Below the pieces are notes generated by a model. The model worked only from the letters and a program-made list of their open reading frames with translations, ran no database searches and was not told where the DNA came from. 43,774 nucleotides of DNA, from contig CAJXPP010000001.1 of NCBI GenBank assembly GCA_913058195.1, forward strand, positions 1 to 43,774. Direction: 5' to 3'. The translations under genes and the position numbers were made by a program. The DNA is from an uncultured Gammaproteobacteria bacterium. Its GTDB lineage: Bacteria > Pseudomonadota > Gammaproteobacteria > Nitrosococcales > Methylophagaceae. Of this stretch, positions 21,292-34,388 are shown piece by piece (position 1 is the first letter of the stretch; the number at the start of each line of letters is the position of its first letter).

Positions 21292-21315
21292 ATATCTAGT
21301 CAACAAACTAGATAT
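21292..21315 (+). promoter_or_regulatory. Perfect 9-bp inverted repeat (ATATCTAGT-N6-ACTAGATAT) immediately upstream of the diguanylate cyclase Shine-Dalgarno sequence; candidate operator or 5'-UTR hairpin
   Basis: Read directly: 21292-21300 is the reverse complement of 21307-21315. The SD AAGGTGG lies at 21318-21324 and the ATG at 21330. Confidence 0.35.
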
Positions 21316-21329
21316 TCAAGGTGGACATC

Positions 21330-22274
21330 ATGGAACAGCCATTACAACCAGAAACAACTAAACTTTCTTTAGTAGGTCAACATGGCCGTGCAATTGATGT
21401 TGCCTCACCTCAACACGATTTCGAAAGTGCTGAAGATGTGGCAGCTCGTCTTCCTGCGGTATTGCAGATATCACTAGATCTCGAGACTATCATTAGTTTA
21501 TTTCACAAAGAAGTCAGTAAGGTACTATCTTATGACGGCATGCTTTACCAACATCAAGGTGTGCATTGCGATATTCAAATTGGCCGTCGCAGCCATCATA
21601 CTTGCAATTACCGCTTAGAAATAAATGGTACTTGGTTAGGCGAAATAACATTAACTCGTCGTAGAAAATTCACTAATGACGATACACTGTTATTTGAAGA
21701 TCTATTATGCAAACTTATTTACCCAGTTAGAAACAGTCTGTTATTTCGTCAAGCACAATCAGCCGCATTACAAGATAGCCTTACAGGTTTAAATAACCGT
21801 GCCGCTTTCGATGCTAGCTTAAAACGTGAAATTGATTTGGCTAACCGCCAACATACACCGATGTCACTTTTGGTTCTTGATATCGATCATTTTAAAGCAG
21901 TGAATGATACTTATGGCCATAGCAGTGGTGACCTAGCACTACAAATACTATCAAAATCAATCACTGATACAATGCGTAATAGTGATATTGCTTTCCGCTA
22001 TGGCGGTGAAGAGTTTACTTTAATCTTAAGCAATACAGATTCTGATTCTGCACACTTAGTAGCTGAACGTCTTCGTGTAGCCGTTTCACAACTTAGCTGT
22101 AATGACAGTCAACGTACCTTTGGATTTACTATTAGCCTTGGTATTGCTCAGTTAGCCCGCGGTGAAAATGAAAGTACATTATTTGACCGAGCTGACCATG
22201 CTTTATACCAAGCTAAAAAATCAGGTCGAAATCAGACTAAATGTGCTGACAAACCAATTAGTAAAGATAACTAG
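21330..22274 (+). CDS. Diguanylate cyclase (GGDEF domain, GGEEF active site, intact RxxD I-site) with an N-terminal GAF-like sensor region
   Basis: The C-terminal half carries LTGLNNR, DIDHFKAVND and RNSD-x5-GGEEF. I prefer ATG 21330 to the listed GTG 21321 because the GTG lies inside the AAGGTGG Shine-Dalgarno sequence. Confidence 0.88.
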   Translation: MEQPLQPETTKLSLVGQHGRAIDVASPQHDFESAEDVAARLPAVLQISLDLETIISLFHKEVSKVLSYDGMLYQHQGVHCDIQIGRRSHHTCNYRLEINGTWLGEITLTRRRKFTNDDTLLFEDLLCKLIYPVRNSLLFRQAQSAALQDSLTGLNNRAAFDASLKREIDLANRQHTPMSLLVLDIDHFKAVNDTYGHSSGDLALQILSKSITDTMRNSDIAFRYGGEEFTLILSNTDSDSAHLVAERLRVAVSQLSCNDSQRTFGFTISLGIAQLARGENESTLFDRADHALYQAKKSGRNQTKCADKPISKDN

Positions 22275-22292
22275 AATTTAAAATCATCTAAT

Positions 22293-22325
22293 AAAAAGGC
22301 CGGTTAAATAACCGGCCTTTTTTGT
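22293..22325. terminator. Bidirectional Rho-independent terminator between the convergent diguanylate cyclase gene and rluB
   Basis: AAAAGGCCGGTT, loop AAAT, AACCGGCCTTTTTT. Confidence 0.88.
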
Positions 22326-22345
22326 TTCTAAATTTACACAATTGA

Positions 22346-23224
22346 CTAACGACCACGTACTCGACTAGTACTTCGTGTTGATTTAGGCTTGTTGCCTGAT
22401 TTTTGGCGTGCTTTTGATTCTGAAGTTTCAAGCGGTCTTAATTTCTTCTCACGTTGAGCGCGACCTTTCTTTTCTTCCACGTTTAGTGCCAAACCAACCT
22501 CTTCATATAACATCTCAAGATCACCACCTTCCAACATCATCCACTTACCCATTTTAAGCTGCTTAGGAATAATGACCGGTCCGTAACGTACACGCATTAA
22601 GCGACTCACTTGTACGCCTTGGCTTTCCCATAGACGACGTACTTCTCGGTTCCGTCCTTCTTGAATTACCACATGGAACCAACTATTGGCTCCTTCACCA
22701 CCAGCAGGTTGAATATCAGCAAATTGAGCTTTACCATCTTCTAGTTCAACACCATCACGCAGTGTTTGCATCATTTCTGACGTCACATCACCTAAAACTC
22801 GAACCGCATATTCACGATCCATTTCGTTTGATGGGTGCATTAAGGTATTAGCTAACTCTCCATCAGTAGTCAAAATAATTAAACCACTGGTATTAATATC
22901 TAAACGACCAACGCTGACCCAACGACCTTGTTCAGGTGAAGGCAGTGATTGATAGATGGTACGTCGACCTTCAGGATCTTTGCGTGTACACACTTCGCCG
23001 ACAGGCTTGTTATACAAAATTACTTGTTGTGCCGACTGTTGCCATAAACGTTTATTGGACAGGGCGCGGCCTTCTAGTTTAACCACATCATCAATTTTTA
23101 TTTGATCGCCTAACTCAGCAATAGCACCATTTACAGATACTTTGCCATCTTTGATCATTGTTTCAAGGCCACGGCGCGAACCATAACCTGCTCGTGCTAA
23201 TACTTTTTGAATTCGTTCACTCAT
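22346..23224 (-). CDS. rluB: 23S rRNA pseudouridine synthase RluB
   Basis: 292 aa. S4 domain RIQKVLARAGYGSRR, the RsuA/RluB-family catalytic block VGRLDINTSGL, and a basic Lys/Arg-rich C-terminal tail as in E. coli RluB. Confidence 0.88.
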   Translation of the reverse strand: MSERIQKVLARAGYGSRRGLETMIKDGKVSVNGAIAELGDQIKIDDVVKLEGRALSNKRLWQQSAQQVILYNKPVGEVCTRKDPEGRRTIYQSLPSPEQGRWVSVGRLDINTSGLIILTTDGELANTLMHPSNEMDREYAVRVLGDVTSEMMQTLRDGVELEDGKAQFADIQPAGGEGANSWFHVVIQEGRNREVRRLWESQGVQVSRLMRVRYGPVIIPKQLKMGKWMMLEGGDLEMLYEEVGLALNVEEKKGRAQREKKLRPLETSESKARQKSGNKPKSTRSTSRVRGR

Positions 23225-23289
23225 TTCTATTGTCTCCCGACATTGTTTTGACTTAGAGTACTCAGATTTCCTCTCGTCTATTATTTCTA

Positions 23290-24507
23290 CTATTTGTAAC
23301 TTAAGCCCATTGCTGCACGCACTTCATCTAAGGTATCACGTGCTACTTCACGCGCTGCTTCATTACCATCTTCGATAATACGACGTACATCTTCAGGATG
23401 CGCACTTAAATCTTCAGCACGTTGACGAATTGGTTTTAGCTCGGCACACACAGAATCAATCAATGGTCCTTTGCAATCTAGGCAGCCAATTCCTGCAGTA
23501 CGACAGCCTTCTTGCACCCATTGTTTTTGGGCATCATCAGAATAAACTTCATGTAATTGCCAAACTGGGCATTTGTCAGGGTCACCCGGATCTGTTCGAC
23601 GAACACGATTGGTATCGGTCGGCATCTTTTTAATTTTTTCAGCGATCGCTTGTTCAGGCTCACGCAAAGAAATTGTATTGCCATATGACTTAGACATTTT
23701 TTGCCCATCTAAACCAGGCATTTTTGACGCCGGCGTTAATAAAGCTTGTGGTTCTGGCAAAATAACCTTACCGCCGCCTTCAAGATAACCAAATAAGCGT
23801 TCACTATCACCTAAAGCTAAGTTCTGCTGGCCTTTTAATAATTCACGTGCTGTTTCTAGAGCATCGGCATCGCCTTGTTCAGTGTAGGCCTTACGTAAGT
23901 TTGAATATAACTTCGCATTTTTCTTGCCCATTTTCTTAATAGCTGCTTCCGCTTTTTCTTCAAAGTCTTTTTCACGGCCATAAATATGATTAAAGCGACG
24001 TGCCACTTCACGAGTCAATTCCACATGAGATAATTGATCTTCACCTACTGGTACTTGGCCTGCTCGATAAATTAAAATATCAGCACTTTGCAGTAAGGGA
24101 TAACCTAAGAAACCGTAGGTTGCCAAGTCTTTTTCTTTTAATTTTTCTTGCTGATCTTTATAAGTTGGTACGCGTTCAAGCCAAGAAACAGGCGTTATCA
24201 TAGACAATAATAAATGTAACTCTGCATGCTCAGGTACTTTCGACTGTAAAAATAGTGACACCGCAGAAGGTTCAATCCCTGCAGCAATCCAGTCTATGAC
24301 CATTTCCCATACACTTTCTTCAATGATTTGACTATCTTCGTAGTGCGTTGTTAGCGCATGCCAATCCGCCACAAAAAAGAAACAGTCAAATTCGTGCTGA
24401 AGCTTAATCCAGTTTTTTAATACACCATGATAATGCCCAAGGTGAAGTTGTCCTGTTGGACGCATGCCTGAAACGATTCGACGGGATTGTAGTGATACCG
24501 TATCCAA
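23290..24507 (-). CDS. trpS: Tryptophan--tRNA ligase (long form)
   Basis: 405 aa class I aaRS. HIGH-type HLGH in SGMRPTGQLHLGHYHG (compare E. coli FSGAQPSGELTIGNYMG), and KMSKS. TTG start at 24507, preceded by GGAG at suitable spacing. Confidence 0.88.
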   Translation of the reverse strand: MDTVSLQSRRIVSGMRPTGQLHLGHYHGVLKNWIKLQHEFDCFFFVADWHALTTHYEDSQIIEESVWEMVIDWIAAGIEPSAVSLFLQSKVPEHAELHLLLSMITPVSWLERVPTYKDQQEKLKEKDLATYGFLGYPLLQSADILIYRAGQVPVGEDQLSHVELTREVARRFNHIYGREKDFEEKAEAAIKKMGKKNAKLYSNLRKAYTEQGDADALETARELLKGQQNLALGDSERLFGYLEGGGKVILPEPQALLTPASKMPGLDGQKMSKSYGNTISLREPEQAIAEKIKKMPTDTNRVRRTDPGDPDKCPVWQLHEVYSDDAQKQWVQEGCRTAGIGCLDCKGPLIDSVCAELKPIRQRAEDLSAHPEDVRRIIEDGNEAAREVARDTLDEVRAAMGLSYK

Positions 24508-24540
24508 TGTGTTCTCCTGCTTCTCTTTTAACTGAATTAA

Positions 24541-26786
<2,246 letters not shown>

Positions 26787-26787
26787 A

Positions 26788-27162
26788 TTAAATTTGCCTT
26801 CCAATTACCAACCCAATCCATGTTGCTCCAAGGCAGATAACAACACTTAGCACTATATTTAATAATGCGCGGTTTATCTCTCCCGACTCTATCAAGGTTA
26901 GCGTTTCCATCGAGAACGTTGAAAAGGTGGTAAATGCACCTAAAAAACCAACGATAATAGCACTGCGCCACTCTGATGACAGCATGCCTCGCTCAATAAT
27001 TAGGATGAAAAAAATCCCCATCAATAGAGACCCTAGAACGTTAACGGCTAAGGTACCATAGGGAAAGTCACGGCCTAATAATCGATAAATATATGCTGAT
27101 ACTTCAAATCGAAGGACAGCGCCTAAAGCACCACCACCAGCGATAATTAATAACTGCTGCAC
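26788..27162 (-). CDS. crcB: Fluoride ion channel CrcB/FluC
   Basis: 124 aa with four hydrophobic helices. GGALGAVLRF...FPYGTLAVNVLGS...GFLGAFTTFSTF are canonical CrcB blocks. Confidence 0.92.
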   Translation of the reverse strand: MQQLLIIAGGGALGAVLRFEVSAYIYRLLGRDFPYGTLAVNVLGSLLMGIFFILIIERGMLSSEWRSAIIVGFLGAFTTFSTFSMETLTLIESGEINRALLNIVLSVVICLGATWIGLVIGRQI

Positions 27163-27520
27163 GATATTTTCTCAATCAAATCAAATGGCATAGTTTACCT
27201 TATTACGTAACATTGCTTATTAAAGATTGCTTCACCAAGGAAAGTTGGCCTTATCTAAGCTTTTAACAACTCACACGATAGCCTAATTAAATACTATAGA
27301 TAACTTGCCTGAAGACATAAGGTTCAACCATTTCCACTAGACAGACTACTTTAAGCTTACTTAGGTAAGCTGCGCTAGCAAGGGCCTAGTATAGTCATCA
27401 TCGCTACTTATAATTTTTAACCAATCTCGCTGGACAGAGATTGTAAACTGATGTTTCACAACATTATCCAACAGTTATCTATATTTAAGAGTGAACCATC
27501 TCGCGCCTACATCGTGAAAA

Positions 27521-28972
27521 CTAATTCTGCTTAGGTTCCTCCATTTCACCAACACGCACTAACTTCAATGCATTCGTACTACCCTTCACCTCATGATCAC
27601 CTGTGGTAATAATCACTAGATCACCCTCACGAACTACGCCTCTTCTTTGCAATTCATCAATAGCTTCTTTATTCAAGGAAGCATGGTCATCATGATCAAC
27701 TATAAAACTAACAGGGTAAACGCCACGATATAGCGTTACTTTCTGACACGTCTCAGCATGGGGCGTTAATGCAAAAATAGGGATCCCAGAACTAATACGT
27801 GACATCCATAATGGTGTTGCCCCCGTTTCCGTTAGTGCAGCAATAGCTTTCACATCTACGTGATTAGCCATATACATAGCCCCCATCGCTATTGCTTCAT
27901 CCATCTTCTCAAATTTTGAATCCATACGGTGACGTGACACACGAATCTCACGCTGCTGCTCAGCTTCCAAACAAATACGATCTACAGCTTCAATCACTTT
28001 AACAGGGTGCTTACCCACAGCCGTTTCACCTGACAACATCACTGCATCAGTGCCATCAAGCACCGCATTCGCAATATCAAACACTTCAGCACGCGTTGGA
28101 ATCGCATTGGTAATCATTGACTCCATCATCTGTGTGGCTGTAATAACGACTCGGTTCAATCGTCGAGCATGTTGAATAATGCGTTTTTGAATGGGTGGTA
28201 GTGCAGCATCACCCACCTCAACGCCAAGATCGCCACGAGCAACCATGACGCCGTCTGAGGCAAGAATAATTTCATCAATAACCTCAAGCGCTTCTGCACG
28301 CTCAATCTTAGCTATAATTCCGCCTCGGCCGCCCGCTTCACGCAATAACTGGCGGGCTAAGTTAATATCAGCAGCTGAACGAGGAAATGATATAGCAACA
28401 TAATCAGCCTGCATTTTTGCAGCAATAATAATGTCAGCTTTATCTTTTTCTGTTAATGCAGCTGCCGATAAACCACCGCCTTGACGATTAATACCTTTAT
28501 TATTGGATAATTCGCCACCAACAACAACTCGACAAACAATACGCTGATCTTCAATTCGTTTGACCCAAAAAACAATTCGGCCATCATCAAGTAATAAGGT
28601 ATCACCACGCTTAACATCATGCGGTAATTGCTTATAATCAATACCTACCTGTTCAGAATCACCCTCATCTGAACCTAAGGCGGCATCTAGAATAAACTCA
28701 GCATCGTCTTCAAGAAACACTTTACCCGTAGTAAACCGAGCAATACGAATTTTTGGCCCTTGCATATCTGCGAGAACACCTACTTGTCGCCCGTATGCAC
28801 TTGCGCGGTTTCGAACAGCTTCAGCAAGCTCAAGATGTTCCGCAGGATTGCCATGAGAAAAATTCAAACGAACCACATCTACTCCAGCATTAATTATGGC
28901 ATCTAATGCTTCTGGTGAATTTGTTGACGGGCCTAATGTTGCAACAATTTTCGTTCTTCTTCTGACGATCAA
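27521..28972 (-). CDS. pyk: Pyruvate kinase
   Basis: 483 aa. RRTKIVATLGPS, NFSHG, MVARGDLGVE. TTG start with GGAG 9 nt upstream, 18 nt after the pgk stop. Confidence 0.95.
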   Translation of the reverse strand: MIVRRRTKIVATLGPSTNSPEALDAIINAGVDVVRLNFSHGNPAEHLELAEAVRNRASAYGRQVGVLADMQGPKIRIARFTTGKVFLEDDAEFILDAALGSDEGDSEQVGIDYKQLPHDVKRGDTLLLDDGRIVFWVKRIEDQRIVCRVVVGGELSNNKGINRQGGGLSAAALTEKDKADIIIAAKMQADYVAISFPRSAADINLARQLLREAGGRGGIIAKIERAEALEVIDEIILASDGVMVARGDLGVEVGDAALPPIQKRIIQHARRLNRVVITATQMMESMITNAIPTRAEVFDIANAVLDGTDAVMLSGETAVGKHPVKVIEAVDRICLEAEQQREIRVSRHRMDSKFEKMDEAIAMGAMYMANHVDVKAIAALTETGATPLWMSRISSGIPIFALTPHAETCQKVTLYRGVYPVSFIVDHDDHASLNKEAIDELQRRGVVREGDLVIITTGDHEVKGSTNALKLVRVGEMEEPKQN

Positions 28973-28990
28973 AGATCTATACTCCGTTTG

Positions 28991-30175
28991 CTAAGATTGT
29001 GCCCGTTGTTCAAGTATTTCTACAGCAGGCAATTTTTTGCCTTCTAAAAACTCTAAAAAGGCACCCCCACCTGTTGAGATATAAGAGACATCGTCACTTA
29101 TATTATATTTTGCTACTGCTGCAAGCGTATCACCGCCCCCTGCAATTGAAAAAGCGTTTGACTCTGCTATCGCCATCGCAATCTCTTTGGTGCCCTCACC
29201 AAATTGATTAAATTCAAATACACCGACAGGGCCATTCCAAACAATCGTACCTGCATTTTTAAGGATCTCAGTTAACTCTTCTGCTGATTTTGGTCCAATG
29301 TCAAAAATCATATCGTCATCTTCGACCTCTGTTGCTGATTTCAACGTCGCTACCGCAGTCTCTGAAAACTCTTTACCGCAGACGACATCGCCCGGAACAG
29401 GAATGTCACCACCACGTGCTTGCGCATCTGCCGTCAATGCCTTGCAGGTATCAATTAAATCTGGTTCATACAATGATTTACCCACATTATTGCCTGCTGC
29501 AGCAATAAAAGTATTGGCAATACCGCCACCCACAATAAGTTGATCTACAATTTTTGATAGTGACTCAAGCACGGTTAGTTTGGTTGACACTTTAGACCCA
29601 CCAACAATTGCCACCATTGGTCGAGCAGGGTTATCAAGCGCCTTACCTAATGCTTCTAGTTCACCCGATAATAAAGGTCCTGCACAGGCAATAGGAGCAA
29701 ATTTTGCTACGCCATGTGTTGAAGCTTGCGCTCTATGCGCTGTACCAAATGCATCCATTACATACACGTCACATAATGCTGCCATGCGTTGTGATAAAGC
29801 ATCATCATTTTCTTTTTCGCCAATATTGAAACGAACATTTTCACACAATACAACTTCACCCTCTTCTACTGGAATAAAGTCTGGTTCTAACCAATTCTGT
29901 TCAAGACGGACAGGCTGACCAAGCAAAGCTGATAAATAATTTGCTACTGGGGCTAAAGAGTATTTATTTTCGTATTGACCCTCTGTCGGTCTGCCTAAGT
30001 GAGACATTAACATCACTTTTGCTCCAGCCTCTATCGCCTTTTTGATCGTTGGCAAAGAAGCATGGATACGTGTGCCATCAGCTACAACACCCGCTTTTAA
30101 CGGTACATTTAAATCTTGACGGATTAGCACTCGTTTTCCAGATAAATCTACATCAGTCATATTAATTACAGACAT
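28991..30175 (-). CDS. pgk: Phosphoglycerate kinase
   Basis: 394 aa. RQDLNVP, SHLGRP, GGGDT and [14 protein letters not shown]. Confidence 0.96.
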   Translation of the reverse strand: MSVINMTDVDLSGKRVLIRQDLNVPLKAGVVADGTRIHASLPTIKKAIEAGAKVMLMSHLGRPTEGQYENKYSLAPVANYLSALLGQPVRLEQNWLEPDFIPVEEGEVVLCENVRFNIGEKENDDALSQRMAALCDVYVMDAFGTAHRAQASTHGVAKFAPIACAGPLLSGELEALGKALDNPARPMVAIVGGSKVSTKLTVLESLSKIVDQLIVGGGIANTFIAAAGNNVGKSLYEPDLIDTCKALTADAQARGGDIPVPGDVVCGKEFSETAVATLKSATEVEDDDMIFDIGPKSAEELTEILKNAGTIVWNGPVGVFEFNQFGEGTKEIAMAIAESNAFSIAGGGDTLAAVAKYNISDDVSYISTGGGAFLEFLEGKKLPAVEILEQRAQS

Positions 30176-30251
30176 CTAAGTTTTCCTTTTTCGAATTTAT
30201 GTTTTTTATTTTTACAGTTTGATTATAGCGCTCGACAATATGTGATAAAAA

Positions 30252-30287
30252 TAAAAAAGGCTCCCTCATTTCATGAAGAAGCCTTTT
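30252..30287 (-). terminator. Rho-independent terminator after gap
   Basis: The minus strand reads GGCTTCTTC, loop ATGAAAT, GAGGGAGCC (9 bp including two G-U pairs), followed by TTTTTT. Confidence 0.7.
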
Positions 30288-30313
30288 AAAATCACATCGC
30301 GTGACGAGCTTGT

Positions 30314-31333
<1,020 letters not shown>

Positions 31334-31516
31334 TTAATTTGCATAAGTCACTTATAGTGGAGTGAATAAAGATCACCAACACGAAGTGTAGGTGATTTAT
31401 ACCATAAACAATACTCAAATTTAGTGATGGAATACATAAGATATTCTTATGTCTCTACCAGCAAATTTCAGGGCTGTTTCTCTATTACAAAACGATGCCA
31501 TCATTTCATAATATTT

Positions 31517-31553
31517 AAAAAAATAAAGGCGAGTGTGCTTTCGCACACTCGCC
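31517..31553 (-). terminator. Rho-independent terminator after tkt
   Basis: Perfect 11-bp stem GGCGAGTGTGC / GCACACTCGCC (31528-31538 / 31543-31553) with a 4-nt loop. On the minus strand it is followed by TTTATTTTTTT. Confidence 0.88.
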
Positions 31554-31591
31554 ATTAATTTTAACTAATAGTCATACTGTTTAAGCTAGAC

Positions 31592-33577
31592 TTATAGTGT
31601 TGCTTTTACTACTTTAACAACGTTTTCAACTGTAAAGCCGAAGTGTTCCATCAATACGCCACCTGGTGCAGACTCACCAAATGTATCGATACCAACAACG
31701 CCGCCTTCTAGGCCTACATATTTACGCCAGAAGTCAGTCACACCGGCTTCAACCGCAACACGTTTAACGCCTGGCGTTAAGATGCTATCTTTGTATGCTT
31801 GGTCTTGACGATCAAACACATTAGTAGATGGCATAGAAACAACGCGCGCGTTAACACCGTCAGCCGCTAATTCAGCTTGAGCTTTAACCGCTAAATCAAC
31901 TTCACTACCTGTAGCGATAATGATTACGTCTGCAGTACCTTTAGCTTCAACTAAAACGTAAGCACCTTTACGCATGCCTTCGAAATCAGCAGTATCATGT
32001 GTGCGACCAACAATACCTTGACGACTAAATACTAAGCTTGATGGACCATCTTTACGTTCAACCGCAGATGTCCATGCAATCGCAACTTCAACAGAATCTG
32101 AAGGGCGCCATACATCCATATTAGGGATATAACGCATTGCAGATGTGTTTTCGATTGGTTGATGAGTTGGACCATCTTCACCTTGACCGATAGAGTCATG
32201 TGTCAATACTGCGATAGTACGGATTTTCATCAATGCAGCCATGCGGAAAGCAGATTTTGCATAATCAGAGAACATGTGGAATGTGCCACCGAATGGGATT
32301 AAACCACCGTGTAGTGCCATACCATTCATGATTGCGTACATACCAAACTCACGCACACCGTAAGAAATGTAGTTACCTGGCTCTTTACCCGATACATGCT
32401 TAAAGCTATCACAGCTTGTTAAGTTAGAACCGGTTAAATCAGCACTACCACCTAAGAATTCAGGTAATAAAGGTGCTAAAGCAGCAATTGTTTTTTGTGA
32501 TGCTTGACGAGACGCTAATGTAGCACCCGCTTCATTAGTTTCTGCAATGAATGCATCTGTTGCTTCTTTCCAGTTAGCAGGTAATTCATCTGAGTTACGA
32601 CGAGTAAACTCAGCCGCTAATTCAGGGAATTCAGCAGAATAAGCTTCAAATTTAGCATTCCAAGCTGCTTCTTTAGAAGCGCCAGAAGCTTTAGCATCCC
32701 AACCTTCATACACATCAGCAGGAACTTCAAATGGTGCAGCGTCCCAGTTTAATTCTTTACGAACTAATGCAACTTCTTCGTCACCTAATGCAGCACCATG
32801 ACAGTCATGGCTACCAGATTTATTTGGTGAACCAAAGCCGATGATTGTTTTACAGCAAATCATTGAAGGCTTGTCTGTAACAGACTTAGCTTCATTAACC
32901 GCAGCAGTAATTGCATCAGCATCATGACCATCAACAGATACTACATGCCAGCCGTAAGCTTCAAAACGCTTAACAGTGTCATCTGTGTACCAGCCATCAA
33001 TGTGACCATCGATAGAAATATTGTTGTCATCCCAGAATGCAACTAATTTACCTAGACCCCATGTACCAGCAAGTGCTGCTGCTTCATGAGAGATACCTTC
33101 CATCAAACAACCATCGCCCAAGAATACGTATGTATTATGGTCAACGATGTCATGGCCTGGTTTGTTAAATTGGTCAGCCATTAATTTTTCAGCCATCGCA
33201 AAACCTACTGCGTTGGTGATACCTTGGCCTAAAGGACCGGTTGTTGTTTCAATACCAGGTGCATAACCGTATTCAGGGTGGCCCGCACATTGCGAATGAA
33301 GCTGACGGAAAGATGATAATGAAGACATTGGCAAGTCATAACCTGACAAATGCAACAATGAGTAAATCAACATAGAACCGTGACCGTTAGATAAGATAAA
33401 ACGATCGCGATCAGCCCATTCAGGGTTCGTTGGGTTGTGATTCATGTGGTCATTCCACAATACTTCAGCGATATCCGCCATACCCATAGGTGCGCCTGGG
33501 TGACCAGATTTTGCTTTTTGCACTGCATCCATAGTTAAAGCACGGATGGCGTTTGCTAAATGTCTACGTGTAGCCAT
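31592..33577 (-). CDS. tkt: Transketolase
   Basis: 661 aa. [50 protein letters not shown] and [18 protein letters not shown]. Confidence 0.97.
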   Translation of the reverse strand: MATRRHLANAIRALTMDAVQKAKSGHPGAPMGMADIAEVLWNDHMNHNPTNPEWADRDRFILSNGHGSMLIYSLLHLSGYDLPMSSLSSFRQLHSQCAGHPEYGYAPGIETTTGPLGQGITNAVGFAMAEKLMADQFNKPGHDIVDHNTYVFLGDGCLMEGISHEAAALAGTWGLGKLVAFWDDNNISIDGHIDGWYTDDTVKRFEAYGWHVVSVDGHDADAITAAVNEAKSVTDKPSMICCKTIIGFGSPNKSGSHDCHGAALGDEEVALVRKELNWDAAPFEVPADVYEGWDAKASGASKEAAWNAKFEAYSAEFPELAAEFTRRNSDELPANWKEATDAFIAETNEAGATLASRQASQKTIAALAPLLPEFLGGSADLTGSNLTSCDSFKHVSGKEPGNYISYGVREFGMYAIMNGMALHGGLIPFGGTFHMFSDYAKSAFRMAALMKIRTIAVLTHDSIGQGEDGPTHQPIENTSAMRYIPNMDVWRPSDSVEVAIAWTSAVERKDGPSSLVFSRQGIVGRTHDTADFEGMRKGAYVLVEAKGTADVIIIATGSEVDLAVKAQAELAADGVNARVVSMPSTNVFDRQDQAYKDSILTPGVKRVAVEAGVTDFWRKYVGLEGGVVGIDTFGESAPGGVLMEHFGFTVENVVKVVKATL

Positions 33578-33603
33578 TATTTACATTCTCCTGTTCAAAA
33601 AAA

Positions 33604-34161
33604 TTAAGCTGCTCGCCATTTGATCGAGCAACCCATACTAGGTATTTGTTGTTGTGGACCACGACCTGTCTCAGCAACCTGTTTCATTGCTTCAAATAAA
33701 TCTCGTCGTGCATCCGTTGCTGCAGCTTCTTTTCGACTTGCGTCTAAACGACCGCGATACTGCAATTGTAGATCTTTGTTATAACCAAAGAAATCGGGGG
33801 TACACACTGCACCGAATGCTTGGGCAGTTTGTTGTGTTTCATCAAATAGATAGGGGAAAGAAAAACTGTTGTCTTGAGCAATTTTTTTCATATTGTCAAA
33901 GGAGTCTTCTTCGTAGTCGGCAACATCATTAGACATAATTGCGACACTATTGATACCTATTTGTTTTAATTCGCTGGCATCACGAACAAGTCGGTTTAGA
34001 ATAGCTTTTACATAAGGACAGTGATTGCAGATAAACATGATCAACAGACCATTTTCACCACGACAATCATCTAGCGTCCAGATCTTGCCATCTGTACCAG
34101 GCAAAGAAAAATCTATTGCCGGCAAGTCAAAATCACATACTGGTGTTTCTAAACTAACCAT
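33604..34161 (-). CDS. Thioredoxin-fold thiol-disulfide oxidoreductase (AhpC/TSA-redoxin-like, CxxC = CNHC)
   Basis: 185 aa. LIMFICNHCPYV places the CxxC at the expected position in the thioredoxin fold. It lies 26 nt upstream of tkt on the same strand. Confidence 0.75.
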   Translation of the reverse strand: MVSLETPVCDFDLPAIDFSLPGTDGKIWTLDDCRGENGLLIMFICNHCPYVKAILNRLVRDASELKQIGINSVAIMSNDVADYEEDSFDNMKKIAQDNSFSFPYLFDETQQTAQAFGAVCTPDFFGYNKDLQLQYRGRLDASRKEAAATDARRDLFEAMKQVAETGRGPQQQIPSMGCSIKWRAA

Positions 34162-34388
34162 AGGCTCCCACTTAAATTATGTTTATTCTGGATAATTCAC
34201 CCAAAAAAAACGTTATATCGATGTGCTTGCGAACACATGATCATACCAGAATCATATTGATAATGCTAAATCGCATAGGTGATGCAGTCTATGATTGAAG
34301 CAAAGTTATATACAAGATATAATGTTGGATCCAGAATTTCGTCTCTTGCTAGACGGCAATCCCTCAGTATCGTATTACTTACTGAGAT

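Noticed and set aside
27330-27410. Possible fluoride (crcB-motif) riboswitch upstream of crcB. The minus strand contains GUAGCGAUGAUGACUAU and a GCUUAC-CUAA-GUAAGC hairpin.
   Set aside because: The conserved AACCGCC/AAACGC junction and the CUGAUGA..CCUAC 3' segment are absent. The loop has no complementary pseudoknot partner downstream. I cannot support the call without a covariance-model search (RF01734).
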